A stretch of 54,048 bases of DNA, counting the filler, from Sphacelaria rigidula (lineage: Eukaryota), in the NCBI GenBank assembly GCA_964200075.2. It is 5 parts of 5 records of this genome, joined end to end, with 100 filler letters (N's around TTAATTAATTAA, not from the genome) between each part and the next. Parts side by side here need not be neighbours in the genome. Positions count along the whole stretch, not along the records: positions 10,833 to 21,563 come from CAXNAA020006016.1; positions 21,664 to 32,393 come from CAXNAA020006017.1; 3 more parts are not named here. One strand, 5' to 3'. Below are positions 12,400 to 26,295 of the stretch, in pieces. The position numbers and the translations under genes were made by a program. Positions within the stretch are counted from its first letter, which is position 1. Every line of letters starts with the position of its first letter. The notes beneath the pieces are model-generated. The model did not search any database. It had not been told where the DNA came from and saw only the letters and a list, made by a program, of their open reading frames with translations.

Positions 12400-15300
12400 G
12401 ACTAATCCTTTGCAAAGCCGAAAGCAAAACCAGCACTCACATCCCGCCCGTGTACTGATTTGCAAGCAGAAGTCTACATGTTTTGAATGATACCTCCTCA
12501 TGGACGTATTACACCTGTAATGCAAGCCGTCATACCGCTCGTTCTTTCCAGAAGCAGAGCTCGATATCCAACGTCACTCGCCATGTATTTGATCAAATGC
12601 GCCGTCAACACGCTGGCGTCAATCCTCCTCGTGACACCAACCCAAGGCCAGCACCTTCACTTAACTCCTCATTCAACTAGACCCTGCCACTCAACACTAC
12701 ACCCGGTACTGGAAAGCAAAAGTAATGACGACGTTCGTAGGTCAAGTTTCGTGTACAGTGTGCAAACCAACGTCCACGCCTTAGCGACACTCGTCATGTA
12801 CAAAGCCAAACCTGAAAACAGCTCCTGGGCGATTCCCGATACGCAGAACCAAAGCCGAACCTCCCCGCATGCGGTCGCGCAACGAGTCAACTATGTGAAC
12901 GAAATGCAAAGCCTACACGTTCGAATCACTCCTCGAGACCGACTATTGACAGGGTTGAAATCAAAATTACTACCCGCGCTCTACAGCGTCAAGGTAACAT
13001 GAAACGCCTTCCAATGTCGCTGTTCATTGACGATACCTAAAACCGTAGACCAGCACCTGTCAGGCCAACAACGTCTAGCACCAAATTTTAAGTCGACTCC
13101 GAGCCTTCGCGTCAATTTTGATGTACAAAACCTGATCCCAAAATGCGCTCTCTCGTCAAAATCATGTAGTCCGTACAAATATCGAAGATACTAACTGCCA
13201 TCAACAGTTTGTTATGCGACGTGCCTAACACGATACCCGTTCCATCAGATATCATCACTCGAGCGGGTATGGACTGCCCGGCTCATCGGTTTTAACAACA
13301 CCTCATGATTACCTCGCGTACGCCCATGTTACGTGGTGCACTACTCGCCCCAGTCCATCTCCTAACGGTCGGGATGAGCTCGCGACATCTACCCTACGTT
13401 TGGACATGTAGCTATCAAGTGATGTCCGCCATGTACGATGGTACGAGGCGACCCTCATCATGTACGTAGTTCCTAATTGAGCAAAATAAACACCCAACAT
13501 AGCAGAAGAACGTTTCGGTAGTATCTTCGACATAGTGCACACACACACACACACACCTTCGAGCACGCCACTCGCCCAGATCAAGACCGAAGGAAAACTA
13601 AACACCTTCACGTTCCGTTCCCGTAAAACTCACTGGCAAAGTCTATGTCTGGATGCCAGCTCGCCATGTACATGATGCAATAAGAGTGCAAGGCTTTCAT
13701 GCCACGCGTAATGTACGAAAATGGACTTCACTAGCCAACGTCGCCTGTGACGTTCGAGATCAAAAGCATCATCTTATCGGAGCGGGCTCTCATTTTTGAC
13801 AGGAGAACCGAGGCGTACCTCTTCGTCCCATTCCTCATATTGACCGACCAGCGCCCCTTCACTCCATGTGCAAGGCGAAGCCAATACCAACAGCTGTACG
13901 TCACTCTTCGTCTACAAAAATATGCAATCGACCACAAACACCTTCAAATCACCGCTCATGTACGTAAGAAAAACCCCGCACAACTCTCACGCGATTCTCC
14001 ATGCACAAAATCACTAACGAGCCCCCTCGCCTACGATCAGGTAACATCACGTGTTGATCGATTGTCGCACATTACCTGACCCCCTACAAGTCATGATCCA
14101 GTCGTGGTCATTACCCACAAGGTAGACGGGCCCAAAATAAACAAAACTGAAACATTCGCCGGAGGAAAGCGAAGAAAAAAACAGCTATAACAGGCAAAGA
14201 AAAAACAAACAGAAACATAAAGCAAAGACAAAAAACCACTCGTCGGTCTCTGCGACATGGCTTCAGGTAGAAGAAGGTCTTGCGCAAAAGCATGCACTCA
14301 TACCCACACGAAAACTAGAAAAAAAGTGTACGAAGCCCAAACTCGAAGTCAACACGCTTGAATCGATTTCAAAAATCAAAATAGAGACAAGACTACACCG
14401 AAACGCTACGCCCACTGTACAATATGGATGGAGCAGACACGCCTTACTTCTTTCAGCACCTCATGAGCAAAACAACACCACTATCAAACGCAAAACGCAC
14501 GCAACACCTTTTGGGCTCACGACGTCCAATGCCCAGCCAACTTCACCACTTCACATTAGTCGTTACATGCGCCAAATTAACACAAGAACACTTACGTTCT
14601 CCCTCCAACTCTCGCTGACGGAGACGAGGCTACATACACCCCTGGCATCAAGAACGGGTGGTGCGATGGGCCGTACAATTTGCTCATGTCATCAGACAAC
14701 GTCATGCGAGCACGGGCATACTGACGGACTCCTCGGTTTCGAACAAGGAGGTGTTGTCACCACGCTCACGCCTTGTTTAACACAGTGTGGGACAACCTTC
14801 AGCCTATCTCCCCACGATGAAAGCCAGCGTGCAACATTGAGACCACATTCTAAAATCAAATCCTTGAAAAGCCAAGATATAGATGCAACTTCAGACACGT
14901 TTTAAACGAAACCTCTCAATAAAACACTAGGTAACTTGTCTTGTCCACTTGTTCATCTAGTTGTGGCTCTAAAACAACCATGTATATAATAGAAGGCGAT
15001 GAATGCGCAATCCAACATAGAGCAATACCCCGTCAAGCCAAAACATACCTAGTAAATTGCACGGCCTTGATGTGCTAGTGTAACGGTGTGCACGTACGAC
15101 TGAGAAAAATAGGTTACCGTGGGAGTGAGACTTTTCCACAGCCGTACGTAGTGTAACCCATCATTTCTACTTGCCATAAACCCAACTCGATCCGTGAAGA
15201 TATCATCATCCTTCGAAAGCCACAGAGGAGTGATGCTACACTAGGGGTGCACAGATATTTTCCGAGGTTAGAATTGTTAGGAGCCCTTGATCTCATCCGA

Positions 15301-15600
15301 AACACGTCCTATGAAAATATTTGAGAGTACCCCACGAAAACTATTTCAATGTGCTGGGAATATCCCGACTGAATTTGCAAATAGGGGTAGATCTCGACAA
15401 TACGCAAAGTGTATATTGTGTGTCAACAGCCCCACCGACAATGCTAACGCGTGGCGTCGCTTCATCCCGACCTCGAAATGGTCCACACCCGTTTTTAGTC
15501 CATATACCCCGGTGTGAGCCTTGGCGAGTCGATCTCCTTATACGAAGTGTGCTGCTGTGAATCGTGAGAGCGTCGCCAGTGGAGAACCGAACGCTACCGA
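12400..15600 (+). mobile_element. Highly decayed Ty3/gypsy pol relic
   Basis: ORF 13747-14079 (AYLFVPFLILTDQRP...LRLQKYAIDHKH...AQLSR) resembles Ty3 RNase H (YL.G..F.L.TDH..L...RLQ.Y..I.H...ADALSR). EPWRV near 15517 resembles the integrase C-terminal GPW motif. Boundaries are approximate. Confidence 0.55.
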
Positions 15601-16374
15601 AGCTTTTCCTCAGCATCACTTGCAAGCCCCATGGACGTATTACGCGGTGCTTCGTTGACCTGCACCACTGAGCTGCCTGCACAACCATGCCATTAGCAAA
15701 ATATGCCGTCATGGAGCCGCTGCGTCTTCTTTTTCTTCATTTTCCCTCATCCCCCCTCATTCCCCAGTGTATGCCTCTCTAATGTACGACGCGATCGGCT
15801 CGGTGACAACATCATAAGTGTTTGCCGTCAACTATACTTCCTTCTGTCAAACCCCTCCGTATCACCCACAAGTCGGTTCACCGTCCCTACATGAGACATG
15901 ATACTTTCGTCATTTTCCTCTAACTTCAAACCGTATTCCCTTCGACGCGACGGCCACAGTACATGCCCTAGACCTTGGTCGCTTCGCCGACCGCGATTCC
16001 GCGAGAAAATCACATGGAGCGCCGGCGCCATCTCCCATGTGCTCTTTCTGGCCGCTGTTGTAAATCTTGCCTTGAATGATAACAGGACGTGCTACCAGGG
16101 TGTTGCATACCACCAGAGTACACAAGTATGAACTGCCGCCCATATAGCTGAAGTAGACATGCCTGCTGTGTATCCCGATTTCCGCCGCGACCGCCGCAAG
16201 AATATGCCGACGCAGGACCGCGTTCTCTCGTAGGTGCTGTATACAGATTGCGTGGAGAGCGCACGCCCCCAGACTCATCTTAGCTCCTTCGACTTCCCGG
16301 CTTTCCTACCGTCTCCTCTACCTCGTACTTGAATAGTTACCAATGTGATACGTCGTGCCGTCCAGCCATCGTCT

Positions 16375-16640
16375 GATGATGACATCAACATTGCTACCAA
16401 CAGGTATCTGGTCCTGCTGCTGCACGAAAGTAGGGAGGCAAGATCAAGCCCCATGTTGCTGGTACCCAGGGGCCCGGTCTCGCCGCCATCCATGTAAAAT
16501 TAATCATGACAACATCCAATCACCCTCTTATGATGGCATCGGAGTTGCTCCCAACAGGTGTCTGGTCCTGTCGCTGCACGCGAGTACGTAGGCACGATCA
16601 AGCTCCATGTTGTCGGTACCCCGGGGCCCGAGTTCACCAC
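16375..16640 (-). repeat. Tandemly duplicated coding-like segment of about 110 bp
   Basis: Two diverged copies translate on the minus strand as GGELGPRGTDNMELDRAYVLACSDRTRHLL and GGETGPLGTSNMGLDLASLLSCSSRTRYLL. Confidence 0.7.
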
Positions 16641-18339
16641 CGTAGTCGCCCACACAGGAGAATTGTCTACATCAGCTGGTGACCCTACTCCTACCACGGG
16701 CATGTGCGCACAGCCGCTTGGCTCTTTGTATTATGTATATATCTATATCTATGTTTTCCTTTCCATCCCCGACCAGGCGACACTCTCACAGATATTTCGG
16801 TTAAGGTATGTAGAAATAAACCACAAAACCGACTGACGGGAATGACCGGTGTCGTACAATCCTCCGCTAAGACGTGAGGGAGCCCTCAGCACTCATGGTC
16901 CTCAGGGGGGTAGTATATGGTGACGTTGAAGTGCGACTCCATCTTCTCGGTAATGTGGTCGAGGTACTCCCGGTCACGCCTAGAAGGTATTCACGATGAA
17001 AGTAAGAACACAGAGGGGGTGGGAAGGGCAAGCGAGACTGGCGTCGAGGTTGATCATGTGTTTGTGCATTGATCTTCGGTTGTATTTCTTGCATCGCTGT
17101 CTTGTTGCAGAGGCTATCGTCATTGCACATTTTCCCGTTCCCAAAGCGTTCACGAATATTATTTTAAGATTGTATGTGTACCATGGTCGCGCATAAGTGT
17201 TTCGTGCCGATTAGATCACACTATGTGGTTGTGGGAACTTCCCAAATGTCTTGTGGGAACTCGAGCAGGTGCAGAGGTACTGGTGGCGTGCGTCGTAGAG
17301 AACGAGGAGGATCATTTGGTTTTCAATCGTCCGAAAGACCACCAGAAGTACGGTATTCACTGCACCACGTACCAACCGACCTCTCCGTCTTCATCCACGA
17401 CCTTCTTCGCATTGTTTGCTTCACATGTTCCGATGTGGTAGACTCTGCGAGCGTTGTCGGCGTCATCGCTGCAGCAATGCCGTCGTACATGCACAATGCG
17501 CTAGATTCCTCTACACGCAAGAGACGGGGATCGGTGTTTCGACAGCGTGATCGTGATCACAATGCTGACAGCGATAGCGCAGCCACTACTGCATGTATTA
17601 CGGTGTATCGGTGCTAGCTGCGACTGAAGTTCGAATACATTTTGAAACATGTGACCAATGCCGGTCGGCACACGGCCTGCGTGTAACTGTCGACCTACTA
17701 CTAATTGTTTTACGTCGACACTACATTCTCAAGACAGAGCAAACAGCACGGGCTACGAGCAAGCGATATTTTCGACCGAACTCGAGTCTCGCAGTTTCCA
17801 TGGTTCCAATCAGCAACGATTTTCTGCGGGTATTTCGGCTCATTGAACCTGCGCTCTCACCATCTTGCCTCAAACTCGGGGCGGACGGTGTGCTCAAACG
17901 TCCATCGATCTCCCTCGGACGCTGTGCGGAGGAGCACTTCCAGATGGTCGCATATCGCCGTAGCCTTCCAGACACACGGTAGACACAGTACGGGAGAATA
18001 AGGGGCAGCATTAGGTAGTGCGCGCAATCAAAAGGTTGTTTCGAGGTGTCGTTATGGCACCCTTTGTTTTTTTATCGGCAGGTACACAGAAGTTCCCGAG
18101 ACGAACTGTAGGGGGCATTCACACGCTCTTAAACTCGGTAGCTAACTCGTGTCGTCATTCACAGATATTTCGCTGCATACCCCAACATGTACACACGTTG
18201 GGTGGACTCGCGGCGTGCGCCGAACAGAGAGCCGTGCGACTCAAGACCATTCCATGCAACCCCGTACTCCACCGTGCAATATTACACTACCGATGGCTGG
18301 TGGAACTCATACATCCGTCCACGATGGATGTTGGTGTAT

Positions 18340-18344
<5 letters not shown>

Positions 18345-18370
<26 letters not shown>

Positions 18371-18371
18371 A
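18345..18371. repeat. (AT)n microsatellite
   Basis: Run of atatat... Confidence 0.95.
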
Positions 18372-21300
18372 GCTCTCGTTGATTCGGGTTTTAGCGTGAC
18401 CAAATGGTCTCGCGTACAGCGACTGACAGCATCTTCTGTCGTCTCCAACTTCAGATAAACGATTCGAAATCACGTGCAGGAACTGAAACCTGCTGCAATA
18501 TGGTAGATATCAGGAGGATGGGGATGAGTGTCGAGCCCGGCGGAATTGAGAGGCTCAGATGTCTGACTCGAGGCTACGACGCTTCGAAGGGGAGAATGTC
18601 GGTTTCTGCCATTCAATTCCAACGGTGGACAGTACGGGCGGAGTATGCGTTCCTCATATTGAGTGCTGAGATTGGTCGAGAACAGTCAGACGCTCGGCTA
18701 GCAGAGCCTTAGGAAGGACAGCATCGCGGCTTGTGTGGACTCAAACAGGCGGATGGGCTTCCTCCCGTAAAACACGGTGTAGCGCACTCAGTGTTTGTCT
18801 ACTTTTTTATTTGCAACTGTATTTGGCTGTTTGGGGATGTGCTGGTGTGATACCGCGTGACATCATTGAGGGATGATTCCCGGAGTATAGTCGACCGTTC
18901 GAGGTATGTTGACGCTGAGGTTTTGGGAGGATGACCAAACATATCGGACATCAGAGGCGAGACTGCCGTGCCCCCCTCCCCTCTCCTTCGCTACCTCCTC
19001 AGTGTTGCCTCATTTATTGTGTCACAAGCACCACGCCATCTTATCAAGTTCAGTTTGTGAACCGCTACTCGGCGAGACATTGGGTGATCCCAGGTGATCC
19101 CAGATTATTTTATAAATGTTCCTAGAGCGGAGATACTCAGTGCTTCAGAGATCAAACGCCTCCGTGAGGAACAAGAGACGTGGGGTTCGGATTCCGAGCA
19201 TGATTCGTTGGTGACGGAATGTGGACCTTGAACGGATATGCTTGCGAGGGGGCGCGTCCCGGGAGATAACTGATGCATTCATGGCGGTACTCTTCGACGA
19301 ATCATATATTTCTTCATGAAGCCGACATTTGATCTCTGGGCTAGTAAGCGCTCACCGTTAATAGTAGTACGGAGGCCAAAACGTCAACTGATGAGCAACT
19401 TGCAGTCTACCTGGCAAGTCTGTTGGGCAATAATCGAGCTCCTCAGCAGATGGTCTGCCCTGTCCATATATATGTATATATATATACATATATACATGTG
19501 TGTGCTCGATATTGAACTCAAAAATCGCTCTTGTTTCACGACCAGTTCATTCAAACGCAAGCGTCGGTGACATCGCTCATTTCCCTTTCTACTGTTTCAC
19601 TCCTCTGAACTAGGACGTACTGACGCACGATCACAAGTACACGGGCGCATAGCGAGAGAAACAACTGGTGCGCTGCTTGCTACTCACAATGCGGGACATG
19701 TTGTGATCATTCTCGTGCATGGCCACAGGCGGTGTCGCAGCAGCTGCCGAGTCGTCGTCGTCCTGTCAGCATACCAGTTGGGGATCCATCATTGTGTTAG
19801 ATATCGATTCACACCGTGGTGTCTTCTTCCTAGTTTGTTTTCCCTGCAATCATTGTGAACAAATATTAACGGCATGCACATGAAATGATCTATTTTTTCT
19901 CGCTCACTCCTGAAATAGTCTGTCATGCTTTCATCCACTCCCTGTTCCAGAAGGACGAGGCCGTACCGTAGGCTCGAAAGAGATCTGCCATGCCCTCTCT
20001 AGGTTCCTACACTACTAGAAGTGGGTAAATATTGAACCGATACTTCCGCGGCCCGTTGCCTTTCGTCGATCGGTAAGTACTGAATGCTACTCAAGCCCTC
20101 ACCCTTTTGAACGAGGAAAACCAGGGGTAAGATTACCGTTGGGATCCGAACCTCTCGAGATGCACTCGAATTGGTCGTCAATGTACGAGTTTGGCCACCA
20201 GGGCTTGACGGTATCGTTGTGTTCGGACGTCAGTACAGAAGAGATTTCTCCTTCTTCGGACAGCAGTTCATGTGTTTCCATGATCGCCAGTCCTACATGT
20301 TCCCGAAAATACGATACCTCTCCTCGCGTTACAGCACGTAGCAGAATGCCGATCAAACAGCCTCTTGCCTGATAATGATGGACATCACTTCACGAGTGTT
20401 TTTGCGGTGGTCGTGAGCAAAAAGCATCGTTCACGCTGTCTCAAGTTTAGCTCTAAACCGTTCGATGACAGTCACAGCACGGGATTGTGATTTCGGCCTT
20501 GCGCTTGCTCAGATGTCACAGATACCATTGAGCTAAACAGTTGACTGTTTAGCTCAGTGAAATGTGTGACAACATCTTAATAAAAGCTAATCCCGGGATT
20601 GGAAAGTTATGGGTGCGCCTGACCCCCCAAAATGGGCGAAAAAAGTGTCACCGACCAGAAACACGAACAGACCGGAGATCTCGTTCATCCCCTGATTATG
20701 CACGCCGTAATATCCCCCAAAGTACTTGTGATTTGAGAGGGGTTTCCACTCGGCGATCTCCCATTTTCGTCGTCCCGGGCTACGAACCACGGCGTGCCTC
20801 GGCTACTCACCGGCGTGTATTTGTCCAAGATACAATCTGGAAACATTGTGGAACCAAAGGAGTTACGGTGGTCGAGAAAATCGCAAAACAAAGCCGTGTT
20901 TTTTTCATTTATTTATTTAAAAAACTCGGATCCCGATGAGATAAACAAAACCGACCACGGGATATGTAGCAGTCGTCTTGGCGCAGATGATGCAAAATTT
21001 TGCATCCCAATCGATGGCCTTGGCGATGAGTAATCGGAGCAACTGTTTGGGCTATGAGCGCAAACCAGCGACTCCAACACCCGCCGGTTTCCACGACATG
21101 CAAAACCCTGACCCCTATCAAGCGGCGTCAGAATAGTTTACACTCATGAATGACTCTTGATAGTGCAGATGGTTAATACATCGGATGTGTGGAGTATTCG
21201 ACAGGTGTAGAATTTGAACGTTCGACCGAACCCCTAGGAGCTTCCGTGTCTGCGAAACATTCACCCCCATCTGTGCATCGCTTGTGATGATGACAAGAGT

Positions 21301-21563
21301 AGCGATCGTTCTCCTGCACCCGGCGCCATCACAACGCCACCATCGATAGCGTAGCTTTGCATCTAACCTCACCTGGCGGCAAGTATGGACAAACTCTTGA
21401 CTGAAGGAGAAAAAAAGCCACAGAGCAAGCTGGCGTTCAACAAAAAGAGCAGTATCCGCAATGGCTACATACAACAATGTTTTCGTGAGATTGAGAATCT
21501 TCGATACGATTGAGAATAGTGTTGAGGCAAGCTGTCAGCGGTCGGTTGTGCCTGCATTAATGG

Positions 21564-21663
21564 NNNNNNNNNNNNNNNNNNNNNNNNNNNNNNNNNNNNN
21601 NNNNNNNTTAATTAATTAANNNNNNNNNNNNNNNNNNNNNNNNNNNNNNNNNNNNNNNNNNNN
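21564..21663. other. Artificial contig spacer
   Basis: 100 bp of N with TTAATTAATTAA. Confidence 0.99.
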
Positions 21664-22385
21664 GTCTCGCCTTCAGAAACCGCTTACCTTTTGAAGGCCA
21701 AATTTCGCCCAGGTATACCTATCCAATCTCACGCTCAGTCAATCAGTCTCACCGATCTTAGACTTCTTTGCTGAAAGAGAGATGATGTAGATGGCAGTGG
21801 GGGAGGGTGGGGCTTCGTTCGTGCCAGGACATACGGAGCCGTCACCATCTCTGCCATATACGAGTTCACACTCGCACTTGACCACCTCTGAACAGACCTG
21901 CAGTCTTAGAATACCGGACTACCAGAAATGCAGATAGCTAGACTCGACAACGGGTCTAAAGCGGCATGACAACAGGCTAATATGCGTCTTCATGACATTG
22001 TCATGGAAACACTGATGATCGTCACAATATTTCAGACATTACGGTACAACTCATGCGCTCATCTTAATATACACTTATATAACATTTATGACTTGATTTA
22101 TGTTCTTGTGTCCCTCACCTTACAACCCATGCGTTTGGGTTCTGTGGAACTCTTTTATTTGTTTCACTTATTTCCATGCATTGCGTTCATTATATAATAC
22201 TCTTATTAATATATTTTGTGTACCGTACGTTGTTTTCATGCGTTTTCTCAGTCCATTTCATGATATTGTCTTTGATTTTAATAATATTCGAGAACGATTC
22301 GTCCCACTGCGTTTCGTGACGCCCCCCACTGCGTTTCGTGTCTAAGTTTTCAGCCAGACATGCTCGCTTGTTGCCATAATTTGTC

Positions 22386-23830
22386 ATGAGTACTTTACAC
22401 CGGAGGGATGTTTCCCGAGTGTATCTAGCTTCATGCCCGAAACCCAACGCAATCAACGCTTCACCCGAGTTACCCAGTCTTTTGAAAAAACACACACATT
22501 ATCTTGAGCCAAACACGAGCTACTCTATTCGACGGTACGAAAAAGGAAGACTCGAAGAATGTTTCAGAGTAATACATCAGGGACGACCATTATCTGGTGT
22601 GGGTACCGAGGATAAGCAACCGTCAACTCTGACCATTTCGCGACAACTGATTCTTGACCTGATGGCACCCGTACACGTTCATTACGGACACCCTGGAGTA
22701 GCACACGCCACGCTCTTACTACGAAACCACCCTCATTGGAACAGTCTGAACAAAGGTTGCCGCGAGTATGTTCTATCATGCCGATGCAGACGCAGGAATA
22801 GAGCACGGACTCAACAAGTAGCGATGCTACCGAGCAGCTTTCTACAATCCTGGGAGGTCCTGGAGATTGATTTTCAGGACGTGCATAACACATTCGCAGC
22901 AGCGGGTAATCGATACAAAGTATTGATTGCCGACTGAGCGTCAAACTTTCTGCTTGCCTACCCCAGGCCATCGAAGGAGTCGGAGCTGGTAGCCCGCACC
23001 TTACTGAACCCGTGTCTAACGTTCGGCATGCCTAGATTAATTCGCAGCCACAAAGGGAGGGAATTCGCAGTAGCAGTAGTGAGGGACCTATGTAGATGGC
23101 TTCGGGTACCACTGGACTACGGACCACAGATCACCCGAGAGGTCGGTGCAGTTGAAAGGGGGGGGCATGGATGCATGATACATGATCCGAACTGTGCAAA
23201 TCATGGCCTGGCAGGTGGGTCGAGTGCGTGGACCCAGCGTATTGGATCAAATGTACACTCCCAGATTAATTCGACCCTTCCAACATGTCCCCTTTTCAAA
23301 TCCTCTTCGGTCGTACTCCTCGAAGTGCCCCAGACACTCTGGATGCCACTAATGGACGGCAATGACACCTCAGGTCTGGAGAACTTCATAGAATGAAGGA
23401 AACGAACACCAGACCAGGTGAAGAAAACCTTAGGAACACGACAGAGAACAAGCAAAGCCTCGACACGGCTGAAATGCAAGTATCATGAGGCACTCTCCGG
23501 GAGAGTCGGTTGAGGTAGGAGAGTTGGTGCTGGTTCGAGAGCTAGAGGGTACGTTACATAGAGATGGAAAACACCAAGCACTGGCACACGAAAATGGACA
23601 GGGCCGTGGGAAGTAGCAGCCATCGCCATGCCGGGAATCAGTGTGGAGGTATCGACGCAAGGCAGGACACTACGCCGTAGGACCGTCTCAACCACAGCCC
23701 TCAAACCTTTCTATCGGCGTCCACCTGAACTGAGACACGCAATGGGGGACGAACTTGCCCATTTGGCATGGCGACCTGACCTAGGGTCAGCAGACATCTC
23801 CACAGTAGCTTCCCCGTTGTATACTTTAGG
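22386..23830 (+). pseudogene. Ty3/gypsy-type DDE integrase remnant
   Basis: H2C2 zinc finger HVHYGHPGV...HW...REYVLSCRC. Core motifs WEVLEIDFQD and PRLIRS(H)KGREF. C-terminal (K)WTGPWEV and LKPFYRRPPELRH. Frameshifts and stops are present. Confidence 0.85.
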
Positions 23831-23884
23831 CACTACCTCAGCTACAACAAGAAAGTCTACGACTCCGAAAGAAATTCCGGAATA

Positions 23885-26295
23885 AACGAATCCTCTTGTC
23901 AGAAACCAACGTGACAAACGCTTTCCGAAATGTTCGCGTGGTCGCGGACCAAGCCCATAAACGCTGTCACGTGATCGACAACATCCCAGTACCAGACTTT
24001 CGCCTATTTACAGTCGGTTGGACGGTGTCCCCCGATTTCTGGGGTTTGATCTCGCAAGCATTAGCACATGCTCACTGTCACACAACCCCAAACGATGTAA
24101 ATATCATCGTAGGAACGAAGATGACGGAGCATGGACAAACAGTTCCACTGCGGGAAGCAGGATCGCCCACCACGGTTCCCTTTAGCTCCCTGGCAGCTCC
24201 ATTAATGGGCGGATGGGGGGGGTGGGGGAAGACCCTTTCTTTGCCATTGTCGACATGGATGATTTCATCCTGGTGAGGCACAGCACACCGACGATGACCA
24301 GCCTGCACTCATCGCCCCAGCGTCACTCGCACCTGGCCATTCGAGATTGTTCGGCCCGGGAGAAGTAGGTGATACCCCAATCTTGTCTCCAAGTAAACGT
24401 ACTACTAACTGGGCCTTCACCATGGAGGCGGTAGGGTACACGATAATCACACACAGCATACAAATCTCGGTACCCACCAAAACGATTAAGGCAATACGCG
24501 GTTGCTGGAAAACGAATGGCCCAGTGATAGACCCCACGCCCCATCGCCGAAATTTCGAGCGTGGCCGGTCAGCTGTGGAACCTCATATGCGTAGTCGGAG
24601 CCAGTAAATATTTTGTAATAACAACTACAACGTGTATCGGGCATTCATCGAGCAGGAGCAGGGCGAGGAAAACATAAAAAAAGAAACGGATGAATTCAGG
24701 GTGAGAGTTTCACGGCGATGTTTTTTATTCGGAAATGGGCAAGTGATCACCCACTACCTGATCTAGGGGGAACAATCTGCACATCACTCTTTACGCAGGT
24801 GGAACGCCGGGTCACTCGCCGTTATCTATCTGACGCCAGCTTCGGAGTCGTCGGAGGCTACTGCCCAGAGTTGAAAATAGTTTAACTTTTGATGGCCCAC
24901 GCTCCTCACCTCCCTTACAGCCGATCTTATACGAAACCAAGAGTAATCGAAAGCTGTGCCAACACAATCAATCCACAAGAGCTCTGCGGAATGATCATGA
25001 CGGTATGTGTCGTTCAAATATTCACCAGGAAGGAAGCCACAGAGCGAGAGGAACCCGTACGGATGCGTGGCGATAACGCATCAGCTGTATCCCGGGTGAA
25101 CAGGTATGGGGCGTCGCGAGACGGACGAGCCGGTCTCATAACGAGAATGATCAGTCGGATAGAAGCTGCAACGGGCTGATGACCAGTAGCGAAATATATT
25201 CGAGATATAGAGAATGTGCTTGCAGACGGTATCTCGAGATGGCCTACAGATCAGGTGCTCCACATATTTAACCAGTTAAGGGGGGGGCACAGTTAGCAAT
25301 ACTACAACATCGGCAGCCGGGGTAACGCCGTACTCGAATTACTACCGCAAGAACCGTTGCCAAAATTGCGAGACAACGAGCTGTGGTCGGTCATCACCAG
25401 GTGATTGCGCGACAACTGAAAACTTGAATCGTATATGCATCGCCCCCGCGATACCCCCCCTTTCCCATATTCCCTCACTTCTGATCAGGGGGCCAGCATG
25501 GTCAAGTGCGCGATGAGCAGGAGTTTGTACAAATGCTACATCTCGCATCTGTCGGTAGGACTACAGAAAAAGCTACAGTTTGAGGCATGGGTGACCGCAC
25601 TCACTACGGCCATGGTGTTTTCTGTAATGAGAACCAGCGTTCGACGGTCCCATCGTTCCCGTCTACTACCCAGTATTTTCATACGATGTTTGCGGATTGG
25701 GAGTTGCCCACCCAGCATTGTATGTTGACGGCCGTCTACAAAGGTATCCGCAGGATGCACGGAAAAGCACTGACGATTGGTATCCTGGATGCTCGCAAGA
25801 CAAGGGGAGCAGAGTCGGTGGAGAGTCGTACAAAGCGGATTGGACTGACCGTCTCGTACTCACGTGTGGAGCATCCGAAATCTGGGCTGACCGAAAGCGC
25901 CAAGGAGCGGTAACTTCTAGAAAGAGGGTACACGAAGGGCGTGATGGGGTCCACAACCAGGAAATCTCCCCCGCGCTAGAGCTACTGCTCGAACTACTCG
26001 ATCTTCTCCCTAGTTTAGACTCACAAGCGCCACTAGTGCAGACATCCGGGCGGGGCGAGTGGAACGATATCATGCGCAATGAGGCCACCGTGGCCCTTCG
26101 ACAGCTGGCGAGTTGTGAAGATGGAGATCCCGCGGGATATTCCCCTGCACTGGGGCAGGATAGGTGGAGCTACCTACCTAGAAGCGCAAGGGACAAGTCC
26201 ACTACACACCCAGATGGCGGGACGCTGGAACTCACAAGCATTCAGGGTTTACGTTGGAGCCGGTGGCGAGGAAGCTCAGTTTGTTTCATAAGCAC
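23885..26295 (+). mobile_element. DIRS/Ngaro-type tyrosine-recombinase retrotransposon remnant (RT, RNase H, YR)
   Basis: RT: RILLSETNVTNAFRNVRV, GWTVSPDFWG, MDDFIL (about 24255). RNase H: YLSDAS (about 24823), INPQELCGM, GDNASAVS, ENVLADGISRW (about 25210). YR: HWGRIGGAT...GRWNSQAFRVYV (26079-26291). The frames are disrupted. Confidence 0.9.

Noticed and set aside
19999..20356. Minus-strand protein-like ORFs
   Set aside because: They are short, frameshifted, and have no recognisable motif or supported gene model.
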